A DNA stretch of 63,816 bases, counting the filler, from Octopus bimaculoides (lineage: Eukaryota), in NCBI RefSeq assembly GCF_001194135.2. It is 6 parts of 6 records of this genome, joined end to end, with 100 filler letters (N's around TTAATTAATTAA, not from the genome) between each part and the next. Parts side by side here need not be neighbours in the genome. Positions count along the whole stretch, not along the records: positions 21,454 to 31,550 come from NC_068982.1; positions 31,651 to 36,145 come from NC_068991.1; positions 36,246 to 60,304 come from NC_069003.1; 3 more parts are not named here. One strand, given 5' to 3'. The first letter of the stretch is position 1. The number at the start of each line of letters is the position of its first letter. This document shows, piece by piece, positions 26,882-40,296 of this stretch. The notes beneath the pieces were generated by a model. The model was not told the DNA's origin. It worked only from the letters and a program-made list of their open reading frames with translations, and did no database searches. Position numbers and translations under genes: made by a program.

Positions 26882-27026
26882 AACACACACAGAGTATTCT
26901 TTAGTGAATTTTTTTCCATTGTTGTGGGGTGTATTTCTGCATATAAATGTGTGTCTGTATATGAACACGCTCGTATGTGTATGCATATGTATGCGTATGC
27001 CTATATATGCACACACACACACACAC

Positions 27027-27061
<35 letters not shown>

Positions 27062-27510
27062 GCACATGTATATAGATATATGTATAGTTAGGCGTATGTA
27101 TATACACACATATGTGCTACTGTATATGCACACGAAGGGGGGTATGTATACATACATATGAGTGTATGTATACATGTAAGTACTAAAGCAAGATTATGTA
27201 TAACTGTGTGTATACACCTGTGACTGTATACATCAGTATGTGGGTGAAATGTATGCGATACTTTTTTTTCAGCTTGCAGCTAAATTTTCTTTCCCATACA
27301 TTTCTTCCATATATTTTTAACTAATGGACGATGCTTTCGTTCCATATAAAACTTATAATAAAGTATGTTTCATTGTATATCACTTATATTTTTTTATGGT
27401 TGTTATACGATTTGTGCTTGTGTGTGAGCTTGTGTTTGTATTGGTGCATATGTATGTGCGAACACACAGACACACACACACAGACACACAGACACATATA
27501 TTCTGTCTGC

Positions 27511-27562
<52 letters not shown>

Positions 27563-28531
27563 GTATGTATGTATGTATGTTTGTATGTGTGTGTGTATGT
27601 GCTTGTGTGTGTGTTTGAGTGTGTGATTATGTGAGTATACATACTATTGTTTGTGCGTTCGTGTCTGTATGTATGCCTATGCGTGCGTGTGCGTGTGCAT
27701 GCCTATGCATGCGTGCATGAGGTGTATATATATTCATATATATATATATATATATATANNNNNNNNNNNNNNNNNNNNNNNNNNNNNNNNNNNNNNNNNN
27801 NNNNNNNNNNNNNNNNNNNNNNNNNNNNNNNNNNNNNNNNNNNNNNNNNNNNNNNNNNNNNNNNNNNNNNNNNNNNNNNNNNNNNNNNNNNNNNNNNNNN
27901 NNNNNNNNNNNNNNNNNNNNNNNNNNNNNNNNNNNNNNNNNNNNNNNNNNNNNNNNNNNNNNNNNNNNNNNNNNNNNNNNNNNNNNNNNNNNNNNNNNNN
28001 NNNNNNNNNNNNNNNNNNNNNNNNNNNNNNNNNNNNNNNNNNNNNNNNNNNNNNNNNNNNNNNNNNNNNNNNNNNNNNNNNNNNNNNNNNNNNNNNNNNN
28101 NNNNNNNCACACACACACAAACACTAAGAGAGAAAAAAATATTTTCTTTCAAATTGAAATAAAATGAATGTAAAATCAACAGTCGTATTACTTTGAGAGT
28201 TCTGAGTTTCTTGAACACTCCTCAGCTTTGAATAAACACTCACGAACGCATGCGCACGCACACACACGCACACACATATATATATATATATACGAAATAC
28301 GTTACGCCTACATGCTTTATGCATGTGTTAATATATACATCTATCCATCTATATATGTTTGTGCGTATATAGGTATATGTTGTTTATAAGCCTGTGTGTA
28401 TATTCTTATCGATATGTATTATATTTATGCGTGTGTACATGTATCCATATGCATATAACTATGCACGATATATATGCAAATTTATGTTTATACATACAGC
28501 TATAATGCATATATATATATATATCTATCTA

Positions 28532-28571
<40 letters not shown>

Positions 28572-28790
28572 TACATATAGAGATAAACATTACGCATGTA
28601 TATTATATATATGCGTGTTATACATATGTATGTGCGTTTATATGTATATATATATAGGTATATATGTATATATATACATGTGTTTGTGTGTATATATGTG
28701 TGTATATATGTGTGTGTGTATATGTGTGTGTGTGTATATATATATCTGTGTGTGTGTATGTGTGTGTGTGTGTAATTTATACATACATAT
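26480..28790. repeat. Dense compound microsatellite block ((GATA)n, (GA)n, (CA)n, (TA)n, (TATC)n). Similar blocks at 35240-36145, 37540-38150, 38510-38940, 51880-53360, 58230-59060
   Basis: Directly visible; explains the IYIY/CVCV/HTHT/YLSI ORFs. Confidence 0.9.
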
Positions 28791-29666
28791 GTTTCGTAGA
28801 CGCCGACATGAAGATTTTACAGTTTTGGTGTAAAAATAATTCGCTGATCAGATAATTTAAAATAATGACACCGAGAAAATTATCCAATGTTTACACATGC
28901 GTAAAGAACACGTGGTTAATTGCAGGCGAACATACTTAAAGTGCTGAACCGAAAATGATTTAAAAATCAGTTGAAATTATGCCAGTAATGAGAAGGACAT
29001 TCATTAGTATTAATGAGAATTCATCTCAGAAAAGCAATGAAGAGAACACAGAAATTTGAATTGGCTAAAATTTAATGACGATATGCAAAAGACGGTAAGT
29101 GAATCTAATTTCTGTCGTAGCTATGGTAACATCTACTGACAAGCTTTGGTTATATTAGACGTTGTTAGCGAAGCATATCTGTAAATATTACCGCAGCTAC
29201 AAAACACCCAGCCACAAAAAAGTAAATAACTAAAAGTAAAAATTAATGCTAGACTCACCCGACCCACAAATGCTTATATCCTATTAAACTTAAAACTATC
29301 CTAATATCTTATGAGCATTTAAAATTCCGAAGTTCTCTCCCTTGTTCCTTCAAATATGAAGTATCATTAATACTATTGACGTCTCTTCACATTATTTTTA
29401 TTCTTTAAATTGCTTAAAAATTGTATTATTTTTTACTTAATAAATTAAGCATGGTGACTCACATTTAACATTCTCTGTTTCTCTTTGAATTAAACTTGTT
29501 CCTTCCATCCTTAATTTAGACAGTCAATCTGGGACAATATTATCAGACGTACCATTTCCTAATTTCCTGGGCAATTTAACTGCTATATGTAGCGGGTCAT
29601 CATATTTATTGATCAATCAAAAGTTTTAACTGTGATCATACATTACAAAGTATTGTCCTAGATATA

Positions 29667-29828
29667 GGCGCAGGAGTGGCCGTGTGGTAAGTAGCTTGCT
29701 TACCAACCACATGGTTCCGGGTTCAGTCCCACTGCGTGGCACCTTGGGCAAGTGTTTTCTACTATAGCCTCGTGCTCACCAAAGCCTTGTGAGTGGATTT
29801 AGTAGACGGAAACTGCAAGAAGCCCATC

Positions 29829-29864
<36 letters not shown>

Positions 29865-30068
29865 TTGTGTGCCTGTGTTTGTCCCCCATCATTTCTTGAC
29901 AACCGATGTTGGTGTGTTTACGTCCCGTAGCTTAGCGGTTCGGAAAAAGTGATCCGATAGAATAAGTACTAGGCTTACAAAGAATGAGTCCTGAGTTTTT
30001 TTCTACAAATGGCGGTGCTCCAGCATGGCTGCAGTCAAATGACTGAAACAAGTAAAAGAGAAAGAATA
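29667..30068 (+). mobile_element. tRNA-derived SINE family A, full copy with internal microsatellite
   Basis: tRNA-like head GGCGCAGGAGTGGCCGTGTGGTAAG...GGTTCAGTCCC, CORE-like ACCTTGGGCAAGT, internal (TA)/(TG)n, tail GACTGAAACAAGTAAAAGAG. Other copies or parts: 4587-4963(-), 5957-6130(+), 7895-8265(+), 9545-9630(-), 14230-14400(+), 15203-15606(-), 21500-21700(+), 25242-25716(+), 25733-25830(-), 34340-34550(+), 41653-41859(-), 44119-44557(-), 55135-55330(-), 56090-56215(-), 59640-59720(+), 63520-63650(+). Confidence 0.85.
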
Positions 30069-30146
30069 AATACATAGAAAAAAGAAAATGAAAAACTGAG
30101 CCTTGAAACTCATAAGTCTTACGATCACAACGTTCTCCCTGGACAG

Positions 30147-30349
30147 GACGTCGGTTCTTTGTTGGGTTCAAGACGTTGGTTCGTTGTTGGGTTCAAGACA
30201 TCTGTTCGTTGTTGGGTTCAAGATGTCGGTTCGTTGTTGGGTTCAAGACGTTGGTTCGTTGTTGGGTTCAAGACGTTGGTTCGTTGTTAGGTTCAAGACA
30301 TCGGTTCGTTGTTGGGTTCAAGACGTCGGTTCGTTGTTGGGTTCAAGAC
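30147..30349 (+). repeat. 25-bp minisatellite, 7 full plus 2 partial units
   Basis: Unit GTTGGGTTCAAGACGTCGGTTCGTT; units start at 30161, 30186, 30211, 30236, 30261, 30286, 30311, 30336. Confidence 0.95.
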
Positions 30350-31056
30350 CAGTAATTCTGAGGGGTCAACTCGACTGGCATTTTATTTTATCAACCCCGA
30401 GAGGATGAAAGGTAAAAATTTGACTTGAAGGATTTGAACACAGAACTTAAAGAGCCGAAAGAATTGCCACCAAGAATTTTGTTTGATGTGCTGACAATTC
30501 TGCCAGTTTGCTGCCTTGAAAATAATTCATACCAATTGTGGAACTAGGCCAGTATTAGTGAAAAAAGTGGGTCCCATTACTCGATTGGTGACTTATTTTA
30601 TTAAACCCGAAGAAATAAAAATCAAAGTTGACTTAAGCGGGATTTGAACTCTGAAGAGTAAAGAAACTGCAGAAATGAAATACCGCAAAGCATTTTGCCG
30701 TACGTGCTGACGATTCTGCCAGCTTGCAGCATTAGATTCACAACACCACCAGGAAAAAAATTAGAAAAATACTGGATGGTCACGGTCGGAATAATGTCTT
30801 TGACTAAAGGTGTGCCAGATAAGGTTTTTGAAGATAGATCAAAACTTTAGCCACTCGTCCATCTTGATTGTGTTTTTAGACTCCGAAATGTAAGGAACCA
30901 CTTCAAACCAGAATTTCACATCAACCCATTCTCCCGTTGATATGAAATGACAATAGAGAGTTGTTTCGAGGAGAATATAATATAACACAAATACAATAGT
31001 TACTGCCAACAAGTATTTTTAATGTCTGCCAAATATTTTGGCTACTACTACTGCTA

Positions 31057-31147
<91 letters not shown>

Positions 31148-32218
31148 CATCATCATCATTGTGTTTTTACTCAGCAAGAAATTTTGTAGAGCAGCTGCAT
31201 ATGACACTATCGTGTCTGGGTATACAGACAAAAGGAGGTACAGATTATTTTAATTAACAAACTGTCTGTTACCTTCTCTTGTTTTTCTATCGCTGAAACA
31301 TACACAAATATATATGACATCGGCAGAGAGGTTTATGTATGTAGATATATATATATATATACACATACATACATACACACACACATACATACATACATAC
31401 ATACATACATACATGCATACATACACACACACATATACATTATATATATATCATATATATTATATATATATACAATATCTACCTATCAATATATACAAAA
31501 ATGTATATGTACAAACACACACACAAACATATATATATATATATATACAANNNNNNNNNNNNNNNNNNNNNNNNNNNNNNNNNNNNNNNNNNNNTTAATT
31601 AATTAANNNNNNNNNNNNNNNNNNNNNNNNNNNNNNNNNNNNNNNNNNNNCGAATTAAGTCGATTATGTCGACCCCAGTGCACAATTGGTACTTATTTAT
31701 CGACCCCAAACGGATGAAAGGCAAAATCGATCTCGGCGGAATTTGAACTCAGAACGTAGCGGCAGACGAAATACCGCTAAGCATTTCGCCCAGCGTGATA
31801 ACGTTTCTTTTCTACTCTAGGCAAAAGGCCTGAAATTTGTGGGGAGGAGGCCAGTCGATTAGATCGACCCCAGTACGCAACTGGTACTTCCTTTATCGAC
31901 CCCGAAAGGATGACAGGCAAAGTCGACCTCGGCGGAATTTAAACTCAGAACATAAAGACAGACGAAATACTGCTAAGCATTTCTCTTGGCGTGCTAACGT
32001 TTCTGCCAGCTCGCCGCCTTAAGTTCCTAGAGAATTACAGTCTCGAGTCCAAGGATCTCAGTGGGCAGGTCACCCCGGTCGCAAGACATATGAGTGACCG
32101 AAACTACAACATACCTTACCCTATAAATAGGACGAAAGTAAGTCATTGGACTACTCATATACACATTATTTACATTATTTACATTTGACGGATATTTGTC
32201 CTCATCTTGTTTGTTGTT

Positions 32219-32264
32219 AACACAACGTTTCGACTGATATACCCTCCAGCTTTCTTCAGGCGTC
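32219..32264 (-). ncRNA. Partly decayed minimal hammerhead motif in a Penelope-associated repeat (~32160-32310)
   Basis: Minus strand: GACGC-CUGAAGA-aAGCUG gagggUauau CAGUC-GAAAC-GUU-GUGUU. Core intact; first pair of stem II is mismatched (A.C). Confidence 0.5.
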
Positions 32265-32303
32265 TTGGGGAAATTTGGAACCTGGGTTCTCATTCCTAAG
32301 GTA

Positions 32304-32361
<58 letters not shown>

Positions 32362-35273
32362 CACGTCATTTACAGCTGAATGGACATGGAGCAACGTGAA
32401 ATGAAGTCTTTTGCTGTAGAACGCAATGCAGCGCCCGGTCAGGAAGCACAAACCTTGATCTTGCTATTGTGAGCAGGACGCGCTTAACAATTAGGCCACG
32501 CACCCCGACTCTCACTCGTGTTAAATTTTTTTCTGCCCATATNNNNNNNNNNCCCCCCCCCCCATACATACACGAATGCGCGCGCATCTGAATAAAAGTA
32601 AAAACCAAAAAAAAGACAAAGACTGTTTCACTTAACAATAAAATCAACATCAATTTCCAATTAGATACCAATAACTTAGTGGATAAACGTAATTAAATAA
32701 TTTAGAACAAATAATTATTATCATTTGAAATCTAATTAAAACGGAAGTGAAGTAGATAATTCAATTAAAAATAAAATTACTTATGAAAGAAATAGCAAAA
32801 TAATATGAAATACCCACAATGCCTTGGTGTAGCTGTTGTTGCAATTATTGTTATTGTTATTAGTGGTGGTTTTGTTGTTAATGTTGCTGTTGTTGTCATT
32901 GGTATTGTTGTTTTTGTTTTTTTGTCGTTTTTGGACAAGGGCGTTGGTGTGTCGGCGTCTGTAAAAGACTGGGCTAAACGTCTTTTAATATCGAGTTTTG
33001 TCGATTTACATTGTAAGTTTTAAATGCTTCGAGGCTAGCGTTTGCCTTCATCGTTCCTGTTAAACGAGATGAAAGTATCGATACAACACTGATTTTGAAT
33101 TTATCGAATTCTCCTTCCCTCAATCTATTTCCTTATGTTCTTATTTAGGAAGCCCTTATTGTAAAGCGCATTGAATGGCGGAATCGGTAGACAGTCCTGT
33201 CAGATTAGATCTCTTTATGTTCTGATTTCAATTGCAATCAGAGCTTACTTTGGTTTCCATATTTCAGGAGTGATGTGAAATTGATAAGGACGTCACACAA
33301 GTTCATTCGTTTTTTTTTTGTTTTTTTTTTATTCCATTTACTTAAATCCTTATTTTTTCCCCATCAAATATTACAACAATCATTCAGTAATATATTCTCA
33401 TTCGAAAGCGGTGAGCTGGCAGAAACATTAGCATACCGGGCGAAATGCTTAGCGGTATTTCGTCTGCCGCTACGTTCTGAGTTCAAATTCCACAAGGGGC
33501 TAAACATAGAGGAGACAAACAAGAGTAGACAAAGGGATTAAATCGATTGCATCGACCACAGTGTTCAACTGGAACTTATTTCATCGACCCCGAAAGTTTG
33601 GAAGGCAAAGTCGACCTTGGCGGAATTTGAACTGAGAACGTAAAAAGACGGACGACATGCCTCTCAGTATTTTACGCGAGTGCTAACGATTCTGCCACCT
33701 AGCCGCCTTGTATGATCAGTAAATAATAAATGCAATCGTCCACCCCGTCTTTCGTTACCAGGTCCCTTTGTAGCTTCTGTCCAATGGTGCCATTCTGGGG
33801 GTACCTAAATCCAAATAAAAATATGTAAATAAAACAATCTAGCAAAATTGTTAGAACGTTAGATAAAACGCTTCGTGGCTTTTCTTCGAACTGTTTTCTT
33901 CTGGTTCTGCACCCAAATACCGCCGAGGTCAACTTTACTTTTCCTTCATTCGAGGTCGATAAAATAAGAGTTATTTAAGTACCGGGGTTGATGCAATCGA
34001 CTAGCCCCTACCCTCAAAATTTGTGACACTCTGCTAAAATTTCAAATGATTATCGTGAAAAGACATCCACGTAGCACAGAGGGAAGAGTTGCTGTATAAA
34101 TATTTCACAATCTATTGCGAGCTTTCATTATGTTTTGAGTTCAAACTATGCCTTTATGAACGTTGTTGGCCTGGCTATTTCTTGATACATGGAGTTTTTT
34201 TAAAAAATAGCATTGAAGTTCTGATCATATTATGATAATAGAATATACTCGGTCTTCAGACTTCATGCTTTTATGCCGAATACACACGCTTGTGTGTCTG
34301 TGTATGCGCGTGCGTGTTTATCAGTGTGTATCTTTGTTTTTATGTTTGTTCCACATCCGCCGCTTGAAAACCGTTTACGTTCCCGTAAATTAGGGGTTCG
34401 AGAATAAGAGAACGATAGAAAGAAGAACCAGATATTTTGAAAGAAAAAACCCAATGAATATATGTTCTAATAAAGATTTGTTCGACTAAACCCCACAAGA
34501 ATGTGTGCCAGCATGGCCAAACTTCAATGACTGAAACAACCAAAAGATTAAGAGATCAAAGGTGTTTCCAATCTTCTTCCATAGTTAGAGTCTTATGTAA
34601 CGTGACACGCAAATACAGGATACCATAACAACAGAATCATATAGATTACAATAAAAAGAGGCCCATTGGATTCCGTATTGATAGACGAAAGTAGAGGGGA
34701 AAATAGTGACGCTGATTATGAATTTATATAATATGGTAATGGGAAATATCTGAGGATATACTTCTGCACATTTAGTATTATAAAGTACAGAAGAAAGAAT
34801 TATCATTATTATTATTACTACGCCGAACAAAATGCTTTGCAGGCATTCCGTCCGTCATTAATAGTTTCGCATATGTAATATAATCTTTTCTGCTCCAGGG
34901 ACAAAGCTTGAAATTTTGTGGGAGTGAGTTAATCAATTACGTCGACTCCAGTCCTCAACTGGTACTTGCTTCATCGACCCCTGAAAAGATGGAACACAAA
35001 GACGAACTCGGCGGAAGTTGAACCCAGATCGTAAAGACGGGCGAAATGCTGCTATACACTTTGCCCGGTGTGCTAACGGCTCTGCCAGCGCCACACCTTA
35101 TATATGTAATATAATGAGAGAAAAATCTATCATTGATTAATGGGTATCCTTGGAATAAGATGATAAAAACGTAGCAAACATCGACAGTTATTCAAAGTGC
35201 ATAACGGTCGTCTCGCTGTGATCTATACTGGAGACAACACCATATTCATGTAGACATGCATACATATATACAT

Positions 35274-35318
<45 letters not shown>

Positions 35319-35574
35319 CACACACACACAGGCACACACACACACACACAAACACACACGCACACACATATTTCTGTAAATACAATATGTGTCTGTGTGA
35401 TGTAAGCATATACATATATAAATCTATACGACCATGCATTAGTTTGTTTTATGTGTGTGTGTGTGTGTATACACGGACACATATATAGACACAGAGAGGG
35501 AGGGAGTAAGACAGACACGCAGTCATAGACTGACAGATAGACAGACTGACAGATAGACAGACTGACAGACAGAC

Positions 35575-35640
<66 letters not shown>

Positions 35641-35709
35641 AGAGAAAGACTGATTCATTGATTGGCTGATTGATTGAATGATTGATTGATTGACTGATAG
35701 ATATGTATG

Positions 35710-35764
<55 letters not shown>

Positions 35765-35940
35765 GCTGATTAATTAATAGAAAAATGGACGGATAGATAG
35801 ACAGGCAGATAGATGGATAAATAGACAGACGAATAGATATGCACATACATATATACATGCATACATACATACTTACATACATTGATTAATTGATAAATAA
35901 ATGGATGGATAGATATGTAAGCAGATAGACAGACAGAAAA

Positions 35941-35976
<36 letters not shown>

Positions 35977-36307
35977 ATAGATTCATAGATAAATTGTCTT
36001 TTTTCATGGATGATGCTAACATGCTTCTACCTAACGACAATTATCAACGATGTTCATCGTAAAGAGATCTGATAAAACCAAAAAAATAAGTATTCATATC
36101 TGATTAAGGAAAAGTACTTCAGCATAATATATATATATATATATANNNNNNNNNNNNNNNNNNNNNNNNNNNNNNNNNNNNNNNNNNNNTTAATTAATTA
36201 ANNNNNNNNNNNNNNNNNNNNNNNNNNNNNNNNNNNNNNNNNNNNTGTATCCATATGTATATTTATTGTGTGTATTTGACTATAATACTTTTTAGATTTA
36301 CAATGCT

Positions 36308-36352
<45 letters not shown>

Positions 36353-37703
36353 GGAACCTTAGCCATACTCAATGAAGCACCACTCGGTGATGGTGGTGTG
36401 GTTATCATTGAAATAACAGGATTGCCGTTCTCCTCGTAGTTGTCCCTTCTCGGTGTTTCTATCCATTATTTGTTATTATTTTTTTTTTCCTTTGCAACCA
36501 CCAACATTATATCCATCAACAATAAATCACCAGCATCAACACCAACACCAACACCAACAAATTATTTCCAGATTTACTACCACTATAGCTATTACTACTA
36601 ATGCCAACATGAACAACATGGCTGACAGTTATTGCATTTACATTAACGCTTTTAGTCCCGTCGCCATCTTTGTGACCGTGATGCTATGAATACGACCGAA
36701 GGCTTTCTTTAAACGAGGGCTCACATGGGGTTGAATTCCACATAATAGTGGGCGCAATAGATTTCCACAGTTATTTCATTCAGGCTTTAGAGATCACACG
36801 ACAGGATTTTAGAAGATAGACAATAAATAGGATAAATACATTTGTCTACATATAAGAGGACATGGCAGTTGTTAAACATCTCAAAATATTCAACCCTTAC
36901 ATACGTTAAGTTTATATATATAATGTTTAGTCTATATATATATAGACGTGCATCTATGCCCGTGAAACATTGATTAATGCAGACCGACGTCACGAACTTT
37001 TAATAAAATCATTTAACCTCAACGTCACGTATTTGACTACCACCTTTCTTACATTTCTACATCTAGCTTGCGTGTGTGTGTATGTGTGTGTGTATGTGTG
37101 TGTGTGTGTGTGTGTGTGCGTGCGTGCGTGTGTGTGTACAATTGTTTACTGGCTGTAGACATGCTTCGCTATTTTCATACCTCTTCAGAGAGATCTTTGT
37201 AAAAGCAAAAAATAGCGAAACGAGTCTGTAGGCAATAAGTTATTGGTTTTTCTCAATAAAATATGCTCTACACTAATTTCCTTAATTTGTGGACTCCCTA
37301 ATATTACGATCTCTTATATATGTATATATATATATATATATGTAGATACACGTATGTTTGGATAGGTGGGTGTTGGTATTGGTACCGATAAAACGAGGTA
37401 AGCTCTGGCCAGTTTTCGTTGCGTCAGTGCCTATCCTATGTTGTGGAAGCTGTAGGCAGTGATGTTCATGGTTATAGAAGACGCTTGCTGTGCAACCATA
37501 AAGAAATCGTACGTGTGTATATTTGAGTATGTGTTTGTGTGTGTATGTGCGTGTGTGTATGTGTATGTGTATATATTGAAGCTGTGTATGTAAAGATATG
37601 TGTAACTAAGGTAGAAAGTGCTGGAAATTGTAGAGTTGGTGGTGTTGCTAGTGTTGGTAATATGGTAGTGGCTATAGTGGTAGCAGTAATGGTTGCAGTA
37701 ATG

Positions 37704-37776
<73 letters not shown>

Positions 37777-38886
37777 GAATAGTGGTAGTAGCAATAATAG
37801 TAGTGTTAGTAATAGGAACAGCAATAGTACTAACAGTAACAGTTAGTAATCGTCGTAGTAGTAGCAGAAGTAGTAGTAATAGTAGTAGTAGTAATAGGGG
37901 AAGCAGCAGCAGTAGTAGCAGTTATGGTGGTGGTGTTGGTGGTGGTGTTGGTGGTGGTGTTGGTGGTGGTGGTAGTAGTGATGGGGCTGATGTTGGTGAT
38001 GCTGGTGGCTTTTGTGCGGATGGTGTGTGAGTTGGGGGAGGAGAGTGACGGAGGAAGAAGAAAGAGTGAGAAAGAGCGAGAGAGAGAGAGAGAGAGAGAG
38101 AAAGAGTGAGGGAGAGAGGGATAGAGAGAGTGAGAGGAAGAGAGAGAGAGAGAAAAAGTATCAGATCATTTCATATCTCTCCGACTTCTCTTTCTTCTTT
38201 ACTCCCCCCTCACCTTACTCCTCTTATTAAAAAGAAAAAGAAAAAACATTAAACAAAACAAAAAAACATACTCCTACCGCCCCCTCCTACCTTCCCATCC
38301 ATCTAGCCACCCAACCACCATACCAGCCAACCAATCATACTTAACCAATTGTCTTTTGAAGATAAAACAACAACAAAACCCCTCCCACTGAAAAATTCCC
38401 CCAAAATATATAACAAAACAAAACAAAACACCACCAGAAAAACATGAAGAAAACAGTAAAAACAAACATGGAGGAAGAGGATGAGGTAGAGTAGGAGAGA
38501 GGGAGGAGTGGAAAGTGTGTATGTGTGTGTGTCTTTGTATGTCCATGTGTGTGTGTGTGTGTGAGTGTCTGTATATGCGCGTGAGTATATTTTGTGTATG
38601 TGTCTGCGTGTTTGTGCAGGCATGCGTGTGTTTATATTTGTGCATAAGTGTTACGTAATTATGTATGACATATGTTTGTTTGAGTGTATATGTGTGTGTG
38701 TGTTTGCGTGCGTTTATATATGTATGTATGTATACGTGCATATATGTATATATGTGTATGTGCGTATGTGCATGTGTGTGTGTATGTATATACACACATA
38801 TATATGTATATATATATATATATATATATAAATATTCATATAAACGTATTCTTATGTATGTATGTATGTATGTATGTATGTATATC

Positions 38887-38930
<44 letters not shown>

Positions 38931-39640
38931 TGTGTGTTTATGCGTGAGGTTTGCAGGAACATCAGTTTTACAAATCAGATCAACAACGGGAAGTGGAAGG
39001 TGGAGGTGGGTGAGTGGCGGTGTGAGTAGATGTGTCGAAGAAAACNNNNNNNNNNNNNNNNNNNNNNNNNNNNNNNNNNNNNNNNNNNNNNNNNNNNNNN
39101 NNNNNNNNNNNNNNNNNNNNNNNNNNNNNNNNNNNNNNNNNNNNNNNNNNNNNNNNNNNNNNNNNNNNNNNNNNNNNNNNNNNNNNNNNNNNNNNNNNNN
39201 NNNNNNNNNNNNNNNNNNNNNNNNNNNNNNNNNNNNNNNNNNNNNNNNNNNNNNNNNNNNNNNNNNNNNNNNNNNNNNNNNNNNNNNNNNNNNNNNNNNN
39301 NNNNNNNNNNNNNNNNNNNNNNNNNNNNNNNNNNNNNNNNNNNNNNNNNNNNNNNNNNNNNNNNNNNNNNNNNNNNNNNNNNNNNNNNNNNNNNNNNNNN
39401 NNNNNNNNNNNNNNNNNNNNNNNNNNNNNNNNNNNNNNNNNNNNNNNNNNNNNNNNNNNNNNNNNNNNNNNNNNNNNNNNNNNNNNNNNNNNNNNNNNNN
39501 NNNNNNNNNNNNNNNNNNNNNNNNNNNNNNNNNNNNNNNNNNNNCAAAAAGGTTTTCTCTTCTTTAGTGAGACGGGTATATGGGGGTGGGAACATAGGGA
39601 GAGGTGAGTGTGTATCATAAATAATTCATCTCTTCGGCAA

Positions 39641-39678
39641 TTATTTCAATTTACAGGAACCCAGCAGTTGACGAAATT
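39641..39678 (-). CDS. Calmodulin-like protein, terminal coding exon
   Basis: Strong acceptor catctttcttctacttgcag|AA TTT CGT CAA CTG CTG GGT TCC TGT AAA TTG AAA TAA. Splicing to the G left by the previous exon gives GAA (Glu, position 12 of EF4 loop [12 protein letters not shown]), then FRQLLGSCKLK*, matching the exit helix EF..(M/L)(M/L) of calmodulins. Confidence 0.85.
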
Positions 39679-39962
39679 CTGCAAGTAGAAGAAAGATGAC
39701 CATGAAACAATAGAAAACAATATGTATGTGTGTGTGTGTGTATGTGTGTGTGTGAGTGCGTATGTATGTGTGACAATATATGTGCGTGAGAGTATGAAAG
39801 TATGTTAGAGCGTGTGTCTGTGTGTTAGAATGTATGTGAACCTATGAGTCAATATTTATATCTTTGCAATAAACCGTAATTGGCTAGTCCCCTCCCACCA
39901 AATTTCCCACCAAATTTCAGGCCTTGTGCCTATAGTAGAAAGAATTATTATTATTATTATTA

Positions 39963-40046
39963 CGTTTGCCTTTTGCTTTGTATTTGTACAGGTTGGCTCC
40001 AAGTTTCCCCCAGGGACCTCAAGAAACAAGTTAGAAGTTCATGTTG

Positions 40047-40118
<72 letters not shown>

Positions 40119-40296
40119 TTATGTTTGACTTTTGTTTTGCATTTGTACAAGTTGGATCCAAGTCTCACCCAGAGACCTCAAGAGACAACAAGTTAGAAGT
40201 TCATGTAGGTGTTATGCCTAGGGTACCATATATTTGGATTTGTACATAGTGTTGTTCTAGAGAATGCTTAAGAAACCATAAGAAAATTATGTGTTT
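39963..40296 (-). mobile_element. Two tandem retroposon 3' ends embedded in (TAA)n tracts (probably Dong/R4-like), inside the last intron of the EF-hand gene
   Basis: Units 39963-40047 and ~40118-40296 share TTTGTACAxGTTGGxTCCAAGT...GACCTCAAGA...CAAGTTAGAAGTTCATGT. On the minus strand each ends directly in (TAA)n. Confidence 0.55.

Noticed and set aside
29050-29290. Strong isolated donor motifs (ACG|GTAAGT on plus, CGG|GTGAGT on minus); also GAG|GTGAGT near 56390
   Set aside because: No convincing acceptor or recognisable reading frame; such hexamers occur by chance in 64 kb.
30147-30349. Direct-repeat array as a possible CRISPR
   Set aside because: Units are contiguous with no unique spacers, there are no cas genes, and the context is eukaryotic.
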